Origin: an uncultured Chloroflexia bacterium | GTDB taxonomy: Bacteria > Chloroflexota > Chloroflexia > Thermomicrobiales > UBA6265 | Reading direction: 5' to 3' | DNA length: 64,000 nt | Assembly: GCA_963724295.1 (NCBI GenBank) | Contig: CAVRUC010000007.1 | Span: 384,001 to 448,000 of the forward strand | Shown here: in pieces, positions 41,690-50,537 of the stretch | How positions within the stretch are numbered: the first letter of the stretch is position 1 | Layout of the letters: the number at the start of each line of letters is the position of its first letter | Program-made: the position numbers and the translations under genes | Notes under the pieces: generated by a model | Told to the model about the DNA's origin: nothing | The model's database searches: none | The model's input: only the letters and a program-made list of their open reading frames with translations

Positions 41690-43420
41690 GTGGCATACCA
41701 CCGCTATGACGCGGTCATTGTCGGCGCCGGCGGCGCCGGCCTGATGGCGGCCATCCAGATGGCCGGCAAGGCCAATATCGCGGTTATCAGCAAGCTGTAT
41801 CCAACGCGGTCCCACACGGGAGCGGCGCAGGGCGGCATCAGCGCGGCCCTCGGTAACGTCGAGGAAGATCACTGGCAGTGGCACATGTTCGACACCGTCA
41901 AGGGTGGCGATTATCTCGTCGATCAGGACGCGGCGGAAGTGCTCGCTCGCGAAGCTGTCGATGCCGTGCTCGAGCTCGAGCACATGGGCCTACCGTTCAA
42001 TCGCACGCCTGATGGCCGCATGGATCAGCGCCGTTTCGGGGGTCACACCCGGAACTTCGGTGAGGGCCCAGTCAAGCGCGCCTGTTACGCGGCCGACCGT
42101 ACCGGGCACATGATCCTGCAAACGCTTTATCAGCAGGGGATCAAGCACCAGGTCAATTTTCTCGACGAGTTCCACGTGCTCGATCTGCTGGTCAGTGACG
42201 ACGGCCGCGCCTGCGGTGTCGTCGCGCTGGAACTGCGCACGGGTGAGATCCATACCATCCATGCCAAGAGCGTGCTCTGGGCCACGGGCGGGTTTGGCCG
42301 CATCTTCAGCGTCACGTCGAACGCCATGGCCGGCACCGGAGACGGTTTCTCGATCCCCTTCCGGCGTGGTGTGCCGCTGATGGACATGGAGTTCTATCAA
42401 TTCCACCCCACGGGGATCTACAAGTTCGGCATTCTCCTCTCTGAAGCAGCCCGCGGCGAGGGCGGCATCCTCCGCAACGGTCTTGGCGAGGCCTTCGCCG
42501 AGCGATATGCGCCGACGCTCAAGGATCTGGCGCCGCGCGATATGGTCTCGCGCTTCATCTATCAGGAGATCAAAGAGGGGCGCGGAGTCGATGGCAAGGA
42601 TTATGTCTATCTCGATCTGTCACACCTGTCCGAGGACGTCATCGACAAGAAGCTCCCGGACATCACCGATTTTGCCAGGACGTATCTCGGCATCGAACCG
42701 AAGCGTGACCCGATGCCGATTCAACCGACGGCCCACTACGCGATGGGCGGCATTCCCACCGACCTCGACGGCCGGGTGCTTGCGGACGCGGACGGTAATA
42801 CCATTCCAGGGCTCTACTCCGCCGGCGAGAACGCCTGCGTCTCCGTGCACGGCGCCAATCGGCTCGGCACCAATTCGCTGGTCGACCTCGTCGTGTTCGG
42901 CCGACGCGCCGGTCGGCACATGCTGGAGTTCGACCGTCTGAGCGATTTACCGCCGCTGCCGGTCGATCCGGAGTTCGTGGCTCAGGCTCAAGTCTCCGAC
43001 CTGCTTTTTCGGCCAAAGGGCGAGCGAGTCGCCGATCTTCGTCACGAACTGCAAACGCTCATGATGGACCAGGCCTCAGTCGTGCGCAGCGCCGAGAGTC
43101 TGACCCAGGCAAAGCAAGGCATCGCCCGCCTTCGCTCGCGCTACGCGTACGCGGGCATCGACGACCATGGGCCAACGTTCAACACCGACCTCACGGAAGC
43201 GTTGGAATTGGGAGCAATGCTCGACTGCGCGGAAGCCCTGGTCGAGGGGGCCCTGGCGCGGGAGGAGAGTCGAGGGGCTCACTATCGCACCGACTTTCCC
43301 GAGCGCGACGACGCGAACTGGCTCAAGCACACCATGCTGCGCAAGACATCCGGGGGTCTGGAACTGACCAAGAAAACGGTTTCGATCACCGAGTTCCAGC
43401 CCAAGGAGCGAAAGTACTGA
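41690..43420 (+). CDS. sdhA: Succinate dehydrogenase flavoprotein subunit
   Basis: [16 protein letters not shown] (covalent FAD His), QFHPTG, HYAMGG, HGANRLG, ESRGAH. Confidence 0.95.
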   Translation: MAYHRYDAVIVGAGGAGLMAAIQMAGKANIAVISKLYPTRSHTGAAQGGISAALGNVEEDHWQWHMFDTVKGGDYLVDQDAAEVLAREAVDAVLELEHMGLPFNRTPDGRMDQRRFGGHTRNFGEGPVKRACYAADRTGHMILQTLYQQGIKHQVNFLDEFHVLDLLVSDDGRACGVVALELRTGEIHTIHAKSVLWATGGFGRIFSVTSNAMAGTGDGFSIPFRRGVPLMDMEFYQFHPTGIYKFGILLSEAARGEGGILRNGLGEAFAERYAPTLKDLAPRDMVSRFIYQEIKEGRGVDGKDYVYLDLSHLSEDVIDKKLPDITDFARTYLGIEPKRDPMPIQPTAHYAMGGIPTDLDGRVLADADGNTIPGLYSAGENACVSVHGANRLGTNSLVDLVVFGRRAGRHMLEFDRLSDLPPLPVDPEFVAQAQVSDLLFRPKGERVADLRHELQTLMMDQASVVRSAESLTQAKQGIARLRSRYAYAGIDDHGPTFNTDLTEALELGAMLDCAEALVEGALAREESRGAHYRTDFPERDDANWLKHTMLRKTSGGLELTKKTVSITEFQPKERKY

Positions 43421-43502
43421 GTTCGTTGGCCGCCGATCTCTGGCTACTGTTCCCGGCGAGGAGCGGTCCAGACCCGTCCAGGTCGCCTAGAGGAGCTTTG
43501 CA

Positions 43503-44201
43503 TTGGATTACACGTTTCGTATCAAGCGCTATGACCCTGACCGCGACGTCAAACCGCATTTCGAGGAATACACCGTAGATCTGGAACCGAGCGACCGGGT
43601 CCTCGATGGTCTGAACGAGATCAAATGGCAACAGGACGGATCGCTGACCTACCGGCGCTCTTGCGCCCACGGCGTCTGTGGGTCCGACGCCATGCGCATC
43701 AACGGCCGTAACTACCTGGCCTGCAAGACCTTGATGAAGGAATTCGGAAAGAAGATCACCGTCGAGCCGCTGATCGGATTCACGGTCATCAAGGATCTCG
43801 TCGTCGACATGGATCAGTTCTTCGCCAGCTACGAGGCGATCAAGCCCTATCTCATCGCTGGCGACGCGCCGGCGTCCGAGGAACGGCGGCAGACGCCCGA
43901 GCAACTCGACCGCTACGAGGAAGCCACCAAGTGCATCCTCTGCGCGTCATGCACGACGTCGTGTCCCATCACCTGGACGAACGAGAGCTTCGTCGGGCCG
44001 GCGGCGATCGTCAATGCGGCGCGCTTCATTTACGACAGCCGCGACGAAGGCGCCGCGGAGCGACTGCGCATCTTGAACACACAGGCCGGTGTCTGGCGCT
44101 GCCGTACGATCTTCAATTGCACCGATGCCTGTCCGAGGGACATCAAGGTCACGAATATCATCGAGGACGTCAAGCGCACGCTGCTGCTGGAACAGGTTTA
44201 G
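43503..44201 (+). CDS. sdhB: Succinate dehydrogenase iron-sulfur subunit
   Basis: SCAHGVCGSD...LAC, CILCASCTTSCP, CRTIFNCTDACP. Confidence 0.96.
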   Translation: MDYTFRIKRYDPDRDVKPHFEEYTVDLEPSDRVLDGLNEIKWQQDGSLTYRRSCAHGVCGSDAMRINGRNYLACKTLMKEFGKKITVEPLIGFTVIKDLVVDMDQFFASYEAIKPYLIAGDAPASEERRQTPEQLDRYEEATKCILCASCTTSCPITWTNESFVGPAAIVNAARFIYDSRDEGAAERLRILNTQAGVWRCRTIFNCTDACPRDIKVTNIIEDVKRTLLLEQV

Positions 44202-44232
44202 GGGCGGGAGCGGGAGCGGGCAAGGGTCTGGG

Positions 44233-44698
44233 ATGGGATCACTCTGGACCTGGCTAAGCACGCCTCCCGGCACGAACGAAGTGCTCGATCTCTTCGGTGC
44301 GCTCTGCCTCTTGCTCTTTGCGCCCGGGTATCGTGCTCTCCGCCTACCTTGCGGGACCTGGCGCGAGTCGATTGGCGAAAAATTCGATTCAGTTCGCCGG
44401 AATCAGGTATTGGGCGACGATTGGACTCTGGGTATTCGGCGCCGGCCTCTTCTTCTTCGGAGTGCGGGCTTTACAGATCAACCCGCTGGCATTCGGCGCA
44501 CCCATTTGGTTGATTGTCTGCGTCCTCGCCGTAGTCTTCACCGCCACGCGCTGCATTGATTGGTGGCTCACGGTTTATCCGGCGGAGCGAGGACGCCGCT
44601 TCGTAGTGGAGACCGTCCAGTCACCTTCCGACCTTGGGAGCCGCGTGAGCAGCCCGGCGTCCAGGCCAACGATTCCCGAACCGACAGTCCGAAGGTAG
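44233..44698 (+). pseudogene. Three-TM membrane protein interrupted by a +1 frameshift (pseudogene or sequencing error)
   Basis: MGSLWTWL...LLLFAPG in one frame continues as IVLSAYL...YWATIGLWVFGAGLFFFGVR...WWLTVYP in the next. Removing one base at CCCGGG (44323-44328) gives a single 154-aa ORF. Confidence 0.65.
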
Positions 44699-44750
44699 GC
44701 GCCGGCATGCAGAACGCCCCGCTCTGGTAATGAGCGAGGCGTCCGAGAAT

Positions 44751-45017
44751 GGCCGTGCACCTCTTGTCGATCTCGCCGCTCCGGCTTGTCGCCGGTCGCC
44801 GGCTCAGGTCAGGCTTCCCCTCGTCACCCGGGGAGGTCGGTTTACGGCTGCTACCTTCCGGTCCTGACCGGGTTCGCCGTTCCCCGCCGCGTGGGACCTT
44901 TCCGTCAACGCCGCGTGCCGTCGCCAGTCCCGAAGCACCGGACCTCGAAGAGGAGTTCAACCCCGCTGAGGCGGGTTGCGGGTACAGGGCACCGCCAGCT
45001 CCCCATCTAGCACGACC
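44751..45017 (-). ncRNA. ffs: Signal recognition particle RNA, large type with Alu domain
   Basis: Minus strand has the S-domain core CCCGGTCAGGACCGGAAGGTAGCAGCC and a 5' Alu segment GGTCGTGCTAGATGGGGAGCTGGCGGTGCCCTGTACCCGCAACCCGC. The 5' GGTCGTGC pairs with the 3' GCACGGCC. Confidence 0.95.
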
Positions 45018-45023
45018 GTTCCA

Positions 45024-45052
45024 AGTGTAGTTTTCTGTCAAGCTGATGTCAA
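45024..45052 (-). promoter_or_regulatory. Sigma-70 promoter of the SRP RNA
   Basis: TTGACA-17 nt-TACACT ending 6 nt upstream of the predicted RNA 5' end. Confidence 0.8.
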
Positions 45053-45087
45053 AACGCGGCCCGCGGATCTCGCCGCTCGGATGTTGC

Positions 45088-45435
45088 TCACGGGCAAACG
45101 AGTGGCCATGACTCCGGTTGCGGCCCCGCATCGCCCATGTCTGGATTTTCGGAGAGCCGGCGCAGAATTCTTACGCGCAGGTCGTCACAGCATCGTACCT
45201 GGCAGGACAGCCGCATGTTCGGCGGGATCTCATCGAGCGTGGCGAGCTTGTCCCGCTCGGCATCAGTCATCGGGCCTGGATCGCCATCCAGAATCTGCAC
45301 TCTGCACGTCGTGCACCGCGCGTTGCCGCCGCAACGATGCAGGATATCGACCCCGGAGTCCATGATGGCCAGCACCAGTCGTTGGCCGTCCTGCGCGCTG
45401 GTCCGTCCGATTCCCTCCATCTCAACCATCGCCAC
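45088..45435 (-). CDS. [2Fe-2S] ferredoxin (adrenodoxin/Fdx-like)
   Basis: CGGNARCTTC...RLSCQ. GGAGG RBS before the GTG start. Confidence 0.92.
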   Translation of the reverse strand: MAMVEMEGIGRTSAQDGQRLVLAIMDSGVDILHRCGGNARCTTCRVQILDGDPGPMTDAERDKLATLDEIPPNMRLSCQVRCCDDLRVRILRRLSENPDMGDAGPQPESWPLVCP

Positions 45436-45532
45436 GAATCGCTCACCTCCCCGATCCCGAATCGCTCGTCAAATCCCACCCGTCGAGATCCTCTCGGCCG
45501 ACTATGCGCTTCCCATGCCACGCAGTGTCAAA

Positions 45533-45955
45533 TCAGGCGTGGTAGCGCGGACCCCCAACCAACCGCTGGCGAAAGCGCTCGGAGAACTCCGCGGCATGTG
45601 GCCCGGCCAACACCACCGAACCGCTGTGTCCGTGTCGAGACGACCCGGTGACGAATGCGTAGACGATCGCACCTTCGACAAATCGGCGCTCGCTGTAGAA
45701 AATCTCGACGCTGATCCGCGCGAAGATGTCGAACGCGACTTGATCGGCAGTCATGAGATCCGAAATCGGCCGGTCGACCCAGAATTGCAGGGTAATGTGA
45801 TGCTCGTCGAGCTCCGGTTCGCCGATCATGTGAACGTCGTCGACGTCGGCCACCAGCCGCTCAGCTTCGATCGCGAACCGTATGTTCGCGTCGGTATTTT
45901 CCGCCCAGCCTTGCCCGAAGCGGGAACTCAAGGCCTCCACGATGTCGTCGACCAT
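45533..45955 (-). CDS. Hypothetical protein
   Basis: Globular-looking sequence from MVDDIVEAL onward, co-oriented with the ferredoxin. Start uncertain. Confidence 0.6.
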   Translation of the reverse strand: MVDDIVEALSSRFGQGWAENTDANIRFAIEAERLVADVDDVHMIGEPELDEHHITLQFWVDRPISDLMTADQVAFDIFARISVEIFYSERRFVEGAIVYAFVTGSSRHGHSGSVVLAGPHAAEFSERFRQRLVGGPRYHA

Positions 45956-46190
45956 GCGGTCGCTCTGCCCCCTCAGTCGTTGCCCGGCGAACTGCCCTTG
46001 AATCGCCCCAATACTAGCGTCGGCGCCCTGGTCGCGTCCCGAGACGCGCCTTGCGGCTGGCCGAAATCTGGGCGGCGGGCAACACATCCGAAACTGACCA
46101 CGGAAGTGCATTGGGGACCGATACGCCTGCCCACGAGAGGCTCTGCTAAGCTGTGCCTGAAATCTGATTCAGCTGTAAGGAGCATGCCGG

Positions 46191-46460
46191 GTGGTGCAGC
46201 GAGTTCTCGATTGGGTCTTCAAACGGGAGCGGGAGAAGCCTGATATCCCGGTCTGTCCGAACCACGATATTCCGATGCAGATGCGTGGCGTCATGGGCCG
46301 GCCGGCCCGTTTCAGTTACCAGACTGAAGAGACGTACACGGTGATCTACTTCTGTCCGGTCCCCGGGTGCGCCGAAACCGCCGAAGTGCAGCTGGCGATG
46401 ACCCAGATTCCCGTGCCGGGTGCGGCGCCGCGCCGCCCGGATTACGCCCGGCGAGACTGA
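46191..46460 (+). CDS. Small hypothetical protein with a putative zinc ribbon
   Basis: AAGGAG RBS. CPNH...CPVPGC metal-binding pattern. Confidence 0.65.
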   Translation: MVQRVLDWVFKREREKPDIPVCPNHDIPMQMRGVMGRPARFSYQTEETYTVIYFCPVPGCAETAEVQLAMTQIPVPGAAPRRPDYARRD

Positions 46461-47014
46461 GCGGGCGCGTCAGCGCCGATATTCTCGTCCTGGTAGGCGC
46501 CGTCGTAACCGCGACCAGTCGGCGCATCGAGGGTGAAGAACACCAGCTGCAGCAAACGAGCCGCGCGCTCGATGCGGATGCCGGCCGGGTTTAGGACAAT
46601 CAGTAACGCCGTCGACCGGCCCCGGTATCCCGCATCCCAGACCGCTGTCGCGAGGGTTGCGCCGGCGCGGCAGAGACTCGATCGCGGCCTCCCCAGTGCC
46701 ATCAGCGTCTTTGGAAGATCGACGATCTCGTTGAAGACGATCTGGTATGACCCCGGTAGTAGATCCAACCAACCCGTCTCGTCGAACGGCAATGCTCGGA
46801 CATCCGGAAGGGACCGGCTGGAGTTGGTTCGGCCAATGGCGCCGCCGTTCGTGAACTCGCCGATTTCGGCGACACTCAGGTCGAACCCGTTGGGCTGCAG
46901 CTGATCCTCGATCGAGTGATAGCCGGAGATCAGCGGTTGCGCTCCGTGGATCAGCGCCAGCAACCGTTCCCGACCCAGGGCGCCACCGAGCTGGAGACGA
47001 TCGTCCTCGCTCAT
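46442..47014 (-). CDS. Trimeric dUTPase / dCTP deaminase family protein
   Basis: QLQPNGFDL, PRSSL, TAVWDAGYRG, RLLQLVF, GYDGAYQ. Start overlaps the Rieske gene stop. Confidence 0.88.
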   Translation of the reverse strand: MSEDDRLQLGGALGRERLLALIHGAQPLISGYHSIEDQLQPNGFDLSVAEIGEFTNGGAIGRTNSSRSLPDVRALPFDETGWLDLLPGSYQIVFNEIVDLPKTLMALGRPRSSLCRAGATLATAVWDAGYRGRSTALLIVLNPAGIRIERAARLLQLVFFTLDAPTGRGYDGAYQDENIGADAPAQSRRA

Positions 47015-47358
47015 GGTGAACCGACTCGCTTGGCGGCGAAGACGGTGTCGCCCTCGACCTTGATCGCAAACGTCTCCACCGGAACGACCACCGGGAAGTT
47101 GGCCGGCAATCCGGTGCGAATCTCGAACGCACCTCCATGCAAGGGGCATTCGATCTCGTCGCCGATCACCTCGCCATCGGAGAGCGGCGCATCTTCGTGC
47201 GTGCACATGTCGTGGAGCGCGAAGAACTCGCCCTCGAGGTTGATGAGGGCGACCGGGTCATTACCGACTTCGACGTACATCACCTCACCAGGGCTCAGGT
47301 CAGTCGTCCTGGCGACCTCATGCCACTCCAGATTCTCAGCCAAGCAGACCTCGGTCAA
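47011..47358 (-). CDS. Rieske-type [2Fe-2S] ferredoxin
   Basis: CTH-x16-CPLH Rieske motif. Confidence 0.93.
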   Translation of the reverse strand: MTEVCLAENLEWHEVARTTDLSPGEVMYVEVGNDPVALINLEGEFFALHDMCTHEDAPLSDGEVIGDEIECPLHGGAFEIRTGLPANFPVVVPVETFAIKVEGDTVFAAKRVGSP

Positions 47359-47392
47359 TTCTCAAAGAGAAACCAGCGAGCAATCCGAGACC

Positions 47393-47782
47393 CTACAGTG
47401 AATCGTCGGCTGGCGGAACGCCGTAAATCCCGGCTTTGAGCACCTTGAGCCCGAGCATGGCACATTTCATCCGCGCCGGGCTGATCGGCACGCCCAGCTC
47501 TTCGAGGAGATCCTCGCGGCTGATCGCTTTCACCTCATCCAGCGGCTGGCCGTCGACCATCTCCATCAGGATCGACGCCGCCGCCTGACTGATGGCACAT
47601 CCGCGCCCGGAGAACCGGACATCGGTGACACGCTCGCCGTCGGTTCGCACGTCGATCCTGATCTCGTCTCCGCACAGCGGGTTGACGTCTTCGTAGGAAA
47701 AATCCGCGGGATCAAGTGTGCCCTGGTTCCGCGGGTTGCGGTAGTGGTCGAGAATCGCCTCGCGATACAGGCTGTCTGTCAC
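47393..47782 (-). CDS. sufU: Fe-S cluster assembly scaffold / sulfur transfer protein (SufU/IscU family)
   Basis: ILDHYRNPRN, NPLCGD, GCAISQA, RMKCA. Confidence 0.93.
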   Translation of the reverse strand: MTDSLYREAILDHYRNPRNQGTLDPADFSYEDVNPLCGDEIRIDVRTDGERVTDVRFSGRGCAISQAAASILMEMVDGQPLDEVKAISREDLLEELGVPISPARMKCAMLGLKVLKAGIYGVPPADDSL

Positions 47783-47794
47783 GTCTTTCCCGCC

Positions 47795-49048
47795 CTACGC
47801 CGCGAAGATCGCCCGCGCCTGATGGAGCCCGGATACGAGGCGATCTACGTCTTCATCATCGTTGTACACATAGAACGAAGCTCGCGCTGTGCCGACCAGA
47901 CCGAGGCGATCCATCAGGGGCTGGCAGCAGTGATGGCCGGCACGCACCGCCACGTTCTCCTCATTCAAGATGGCCGCCACGTCGTGCGGGTGGATGTCCG
48001 CGAGCGTAAACGAGATGACGCCCGCGCGGTCATCCGCATCGTCGGGACCATAGACGCGAATATCGGGTACGTCTCCCAACTGCTGCAACGCCTTCGCCGT
48101 CAGCGTCCGCTCGTGCTCGCGCACCGCCGCCATCCCGATCGACTGCAAATACTCGACCGCGGCACCGAGTCCGATGGCGTCGCCGACCGACGGAGTTCCC
48201 GCTTCGAATCGCGCGGGAACATCGCCCCAGGTCGAGCGCTCGATCGACACCTTGCGGATCATTCCCCCGCCGCCCATGAACGGCGGCAGCGCTTCGAGCA
48301 GGCCGAGCTTGCCGTAGAGCGCGCCAGAGCCCATCGGTCCCAGCATCTTGTGCCCGGAAAAGGCAAGGAAATCGGCATCCAGGGCCTGAACGTCGACCGG
48401 CATGTGAGGCACGCTCTGGGCCGCGTCAACGACGACCACGGCGCCGGCATCGTGGGCCAGGCGAATGATCTCGGCGGCCGGGTTGATCGTGCCCAAACTG
48501 TTCGAGACGTGCGGAAACGCCACGAGACGGGGCCTCTTCGCCAGAAGCTGATGCAGATGGTCGAGATCGAGCTTTCCATCATCGGTGAGGCGCACGGCCT
48601 CGATGCGGGCATCCTTCTCTTCAGCCAGAAGCTGCCACGGCACCAGGTTGGAGTGATGATCCATCGTGGTGACGACGATCAGATCGCCGGCCCTGACGTT
48701 GCGCCGGCCCCACGTGTGGGCGACGAGGTTGATCGCCTCGGTCGTATTGCGGACGAAGACGATCTCCCGCGCGGACTCGGCGTTGACGAAGTCGGCCACC
48801 ATGTGCCGGGCCGCCTCGTACTGCGCCGTCGCCCGTTCCGACAGGTCGTAGACACCGCGATGAATGTTGGCGTTCGTCTCCCGGTAGTAGCGGTCGACCG
48901 CGGCGATGACCCGCTCGGGTTTCTGCGAGCTGGCCGCGCTATCGAGAAACGCCAATCGGGTCCCGCGCTCGTTCCCGGAGGCGAGAATCGGGAAATCCTC
49001 CCGTACTCTTGCCCAATCGACGACGTTGTCAGCGGCGGTCGTAACCAT
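47795..49048 (-). CDS. sufS: Cysteine desulfurase, group II
   Basis: FLDSAASSQKP, ANIHRG, FSGHKMLGP, VRAGHHC. Confidence 0.96.
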   Translation of the reverse strand: MVTTAADNVVDWARVREDFPILASGNERGTRLAFLDSAASSQKPERVIAAVDRYYRETNANIHRGVYDLSERATAQYEAARHMVADFVNAESAREIVFVRNTTEAINLVAHTWGRRNVRAGDLIVVTTMDHHSNLVPWQLLAEEKDARIEAVRLTDDGKLDLDHLHQLLAKRPRLVAFPHVSNSLGTINPAAEIIRLAHDAGAVVVVDAAQSVPHMPVDVQALDADFLAFSGHKMLGPMGSGALYGKLGLLEALPPFMGGGGMIRKVSIERSTWGDVPARFEAGTPSVGDAIGLGAAVEYLQSIGMAAVREHERTLTAKALQQLGDVPDIRVYGPDDADDRAGVISFTLADIHPHDVAAILNEENVAVRAGHHCCQPLMDRLGLVGTARASFYVYNDDEDVDRLVSGLHQARAIFAA

Positions 49049-49090
49049 GATCCGACTTCCTTCAGACGAGCCCCGCGGGAAGGACAAGCG

Positions 49091-50467
49091 TCAAATACCA
49101 ACCTTGCGGGCAATCGCCGTTTCGAGAAAGCTCTGAATCTCTTCGACCGGCACCCGGTCGATGACCGGCCGGAAGAACCCCTCGACGATCAAGTTCTGCG
49201 CCTCGGAGCGTGGTAGCCCGCGCGCCTGCAGGTAGAAGAGGTGCTCTTCCTCGACCTGGGAGACCGTCGCGCCGTGCGTGCAGCGGACATCGTTGGCGGC
49301 GATCTCCAGATTCGGAATCGAGTCCGCGCGCGCCGTCCGGCTGAGGATGAGGTTGCGATTCTGCTGATAGGCGTCGGTCTTCTGCGCGCCCTCTTCGACC
49401 TTGATCAAACCTGAGTAGACGGAACGGGCATTACCCTTGAGTGCGCCTTTGAACTCGAGGTCGCTGGTGCCGTACGGAGACTCGTGGAGCTGCCAGGTGT
49501 GGTGATCGAAGAACTGGTCGCCGTCGCCAAAATAGATGCCCAGCATCTCAGCCAGGGTGTTTTTGCCGCGCAAATGAGCGGCAATCGACGACTTCGAGAA
49601 CTTGGCGCCCAGGGTCACGTGGAGCGAGTTCAAGGTCGCGTCCTGACCGAGGATCGCGCGCTCGGTCATGAAGTTCCAGACGTCGCGGCCCCAATCCTGA
49701 ACCTGCACGTAGCGCAGCTTGGCGTCCTGGCCGACGATCAGCTCGACGACGGCCGAGGCAAACGACTGCCCGTCCTGCGACGGCGACCGGAAGGCATCGG
49801 CGACGAACGCCTGGGCGCCCTCCTCGATGACAGCCAGGGTGTGCGAGAAGACAGCTGCTCCCGGCTGCGAAATCAGGCTGAACGCCCGGAATGGGGCATC
49901 GACCGTGACGCCCCGCGGGACGTAGAGAAACGAGCCTCCCTGCCAGAAGGCGGCATGCAGCGCCTGGAACTTGCCCAACGACGGTTGCACCGCCTGGGTC
50001 ATGAAGTAGCGCTCCACCAGGTCCGGGTGCTCCCGGTATGCCGTGGCCAGATCGGTGAAGATGACGCCCTTGGCGGCAACGTCGGGATCGAGCGACGTCA
50101 GAATCGTCGCCGCATCTCGCTGCACGATGACCCCGGCGTTGGGACCGAGCGCGATCTGCGCGGCCGCGTCCTCGACTCCAGCTTCTTCCAGGGCCTGGAC
50201 GGGAGCGATCCCGGGAACAGCAGCACCGGCTGCCGGACGGAGGCGATCGAGCTTCAGAGCGCGCAGGTCGGTGCGGCGCCACTCCTCATCGGTCCTCGTC
50301 GGCATCGGCAGCGATTCATACAGCCCCCAGGCGCGCAGGCGCGCGTCTCGACTGGCGCCGGTTTCGATGTTGGCTCGGGAGACGGCTTCGACACCTTCCC
50401 GGGAGAATCCCGTCTCCGGTGTTTGCACATGCGCCTGCAGGTCGCTAACTTCAGCGATAGTACTCAT
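49091..50467 (-). CDS. sufD: Fe-S cluster assembly protein SufD
   Basis: DEEWRRTDL, AQKTDAYQ, PNLEIAANDVRCTHGATV, FYLQARG. Confidence 0.95.
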   Translation of the reverse strand: MSTIAEVSDLQAHVQTPETGFSREGVEAVSRANIETGASRDARLRAWGLYESLPMPTRTDEEWRRTDLRALKLDRLRPAAGAAVPGIAPVQALEEAGVEDAAAQIALGPNAGVIVQRDAATILTSLDPDVAAKGVIFTDLATAYREHPDLVERYFMTQAVQPSLGKFQALHAAFWQGGSFLYVPRGVTVDAPFRAFSLISQPGAAVFSHTLAVIEEGAQAFVADAFRSPSQDGQSFASAVVELIVGQDAKLRYVQVQDWGRDVWNFMTERAILGQDATLNSLHVTLGAKFSKSSIAAHLRGKNTLAEMLGIYFGDGDQFFDHHTWQLHESPYGTSDLEFKGALKGNARSVYSGLIKVEEGAQKTDAYQQNRNLILSRTARADSIPNLEIAANDVRCTHGATVSQVEEEHLFYLQARGLPRSEAQNLIVEGFFRPVIDRVPVEEIQSFLETAIARKVGI

Positions 50468-50537
50468 GGATATGCGATCTCCAATTAGCGAATGTGGAGA
50501 GCGAAGTGCAGCAGCGCCCCGCTCCCCGAGATACCAA

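Noticed and set aside
44320..44330. Programmed ribosomal frameshift
   Set aside because: No recognised slippery heptamer or stimulatory element; an indel error or pseudogene is simpler.
44568..45131. ORFs 44568-45131, 44749-45030 and 44786-45010
   Set aside because: They overlap the SRP RNA gene and have no protein-like features.
45137..46243. 368-aa plus-strand ORF
   Set aside because: It is antisense to the ferredoxin and hypothetical genes and has no motifs; a typical high-GC shadow ORF.
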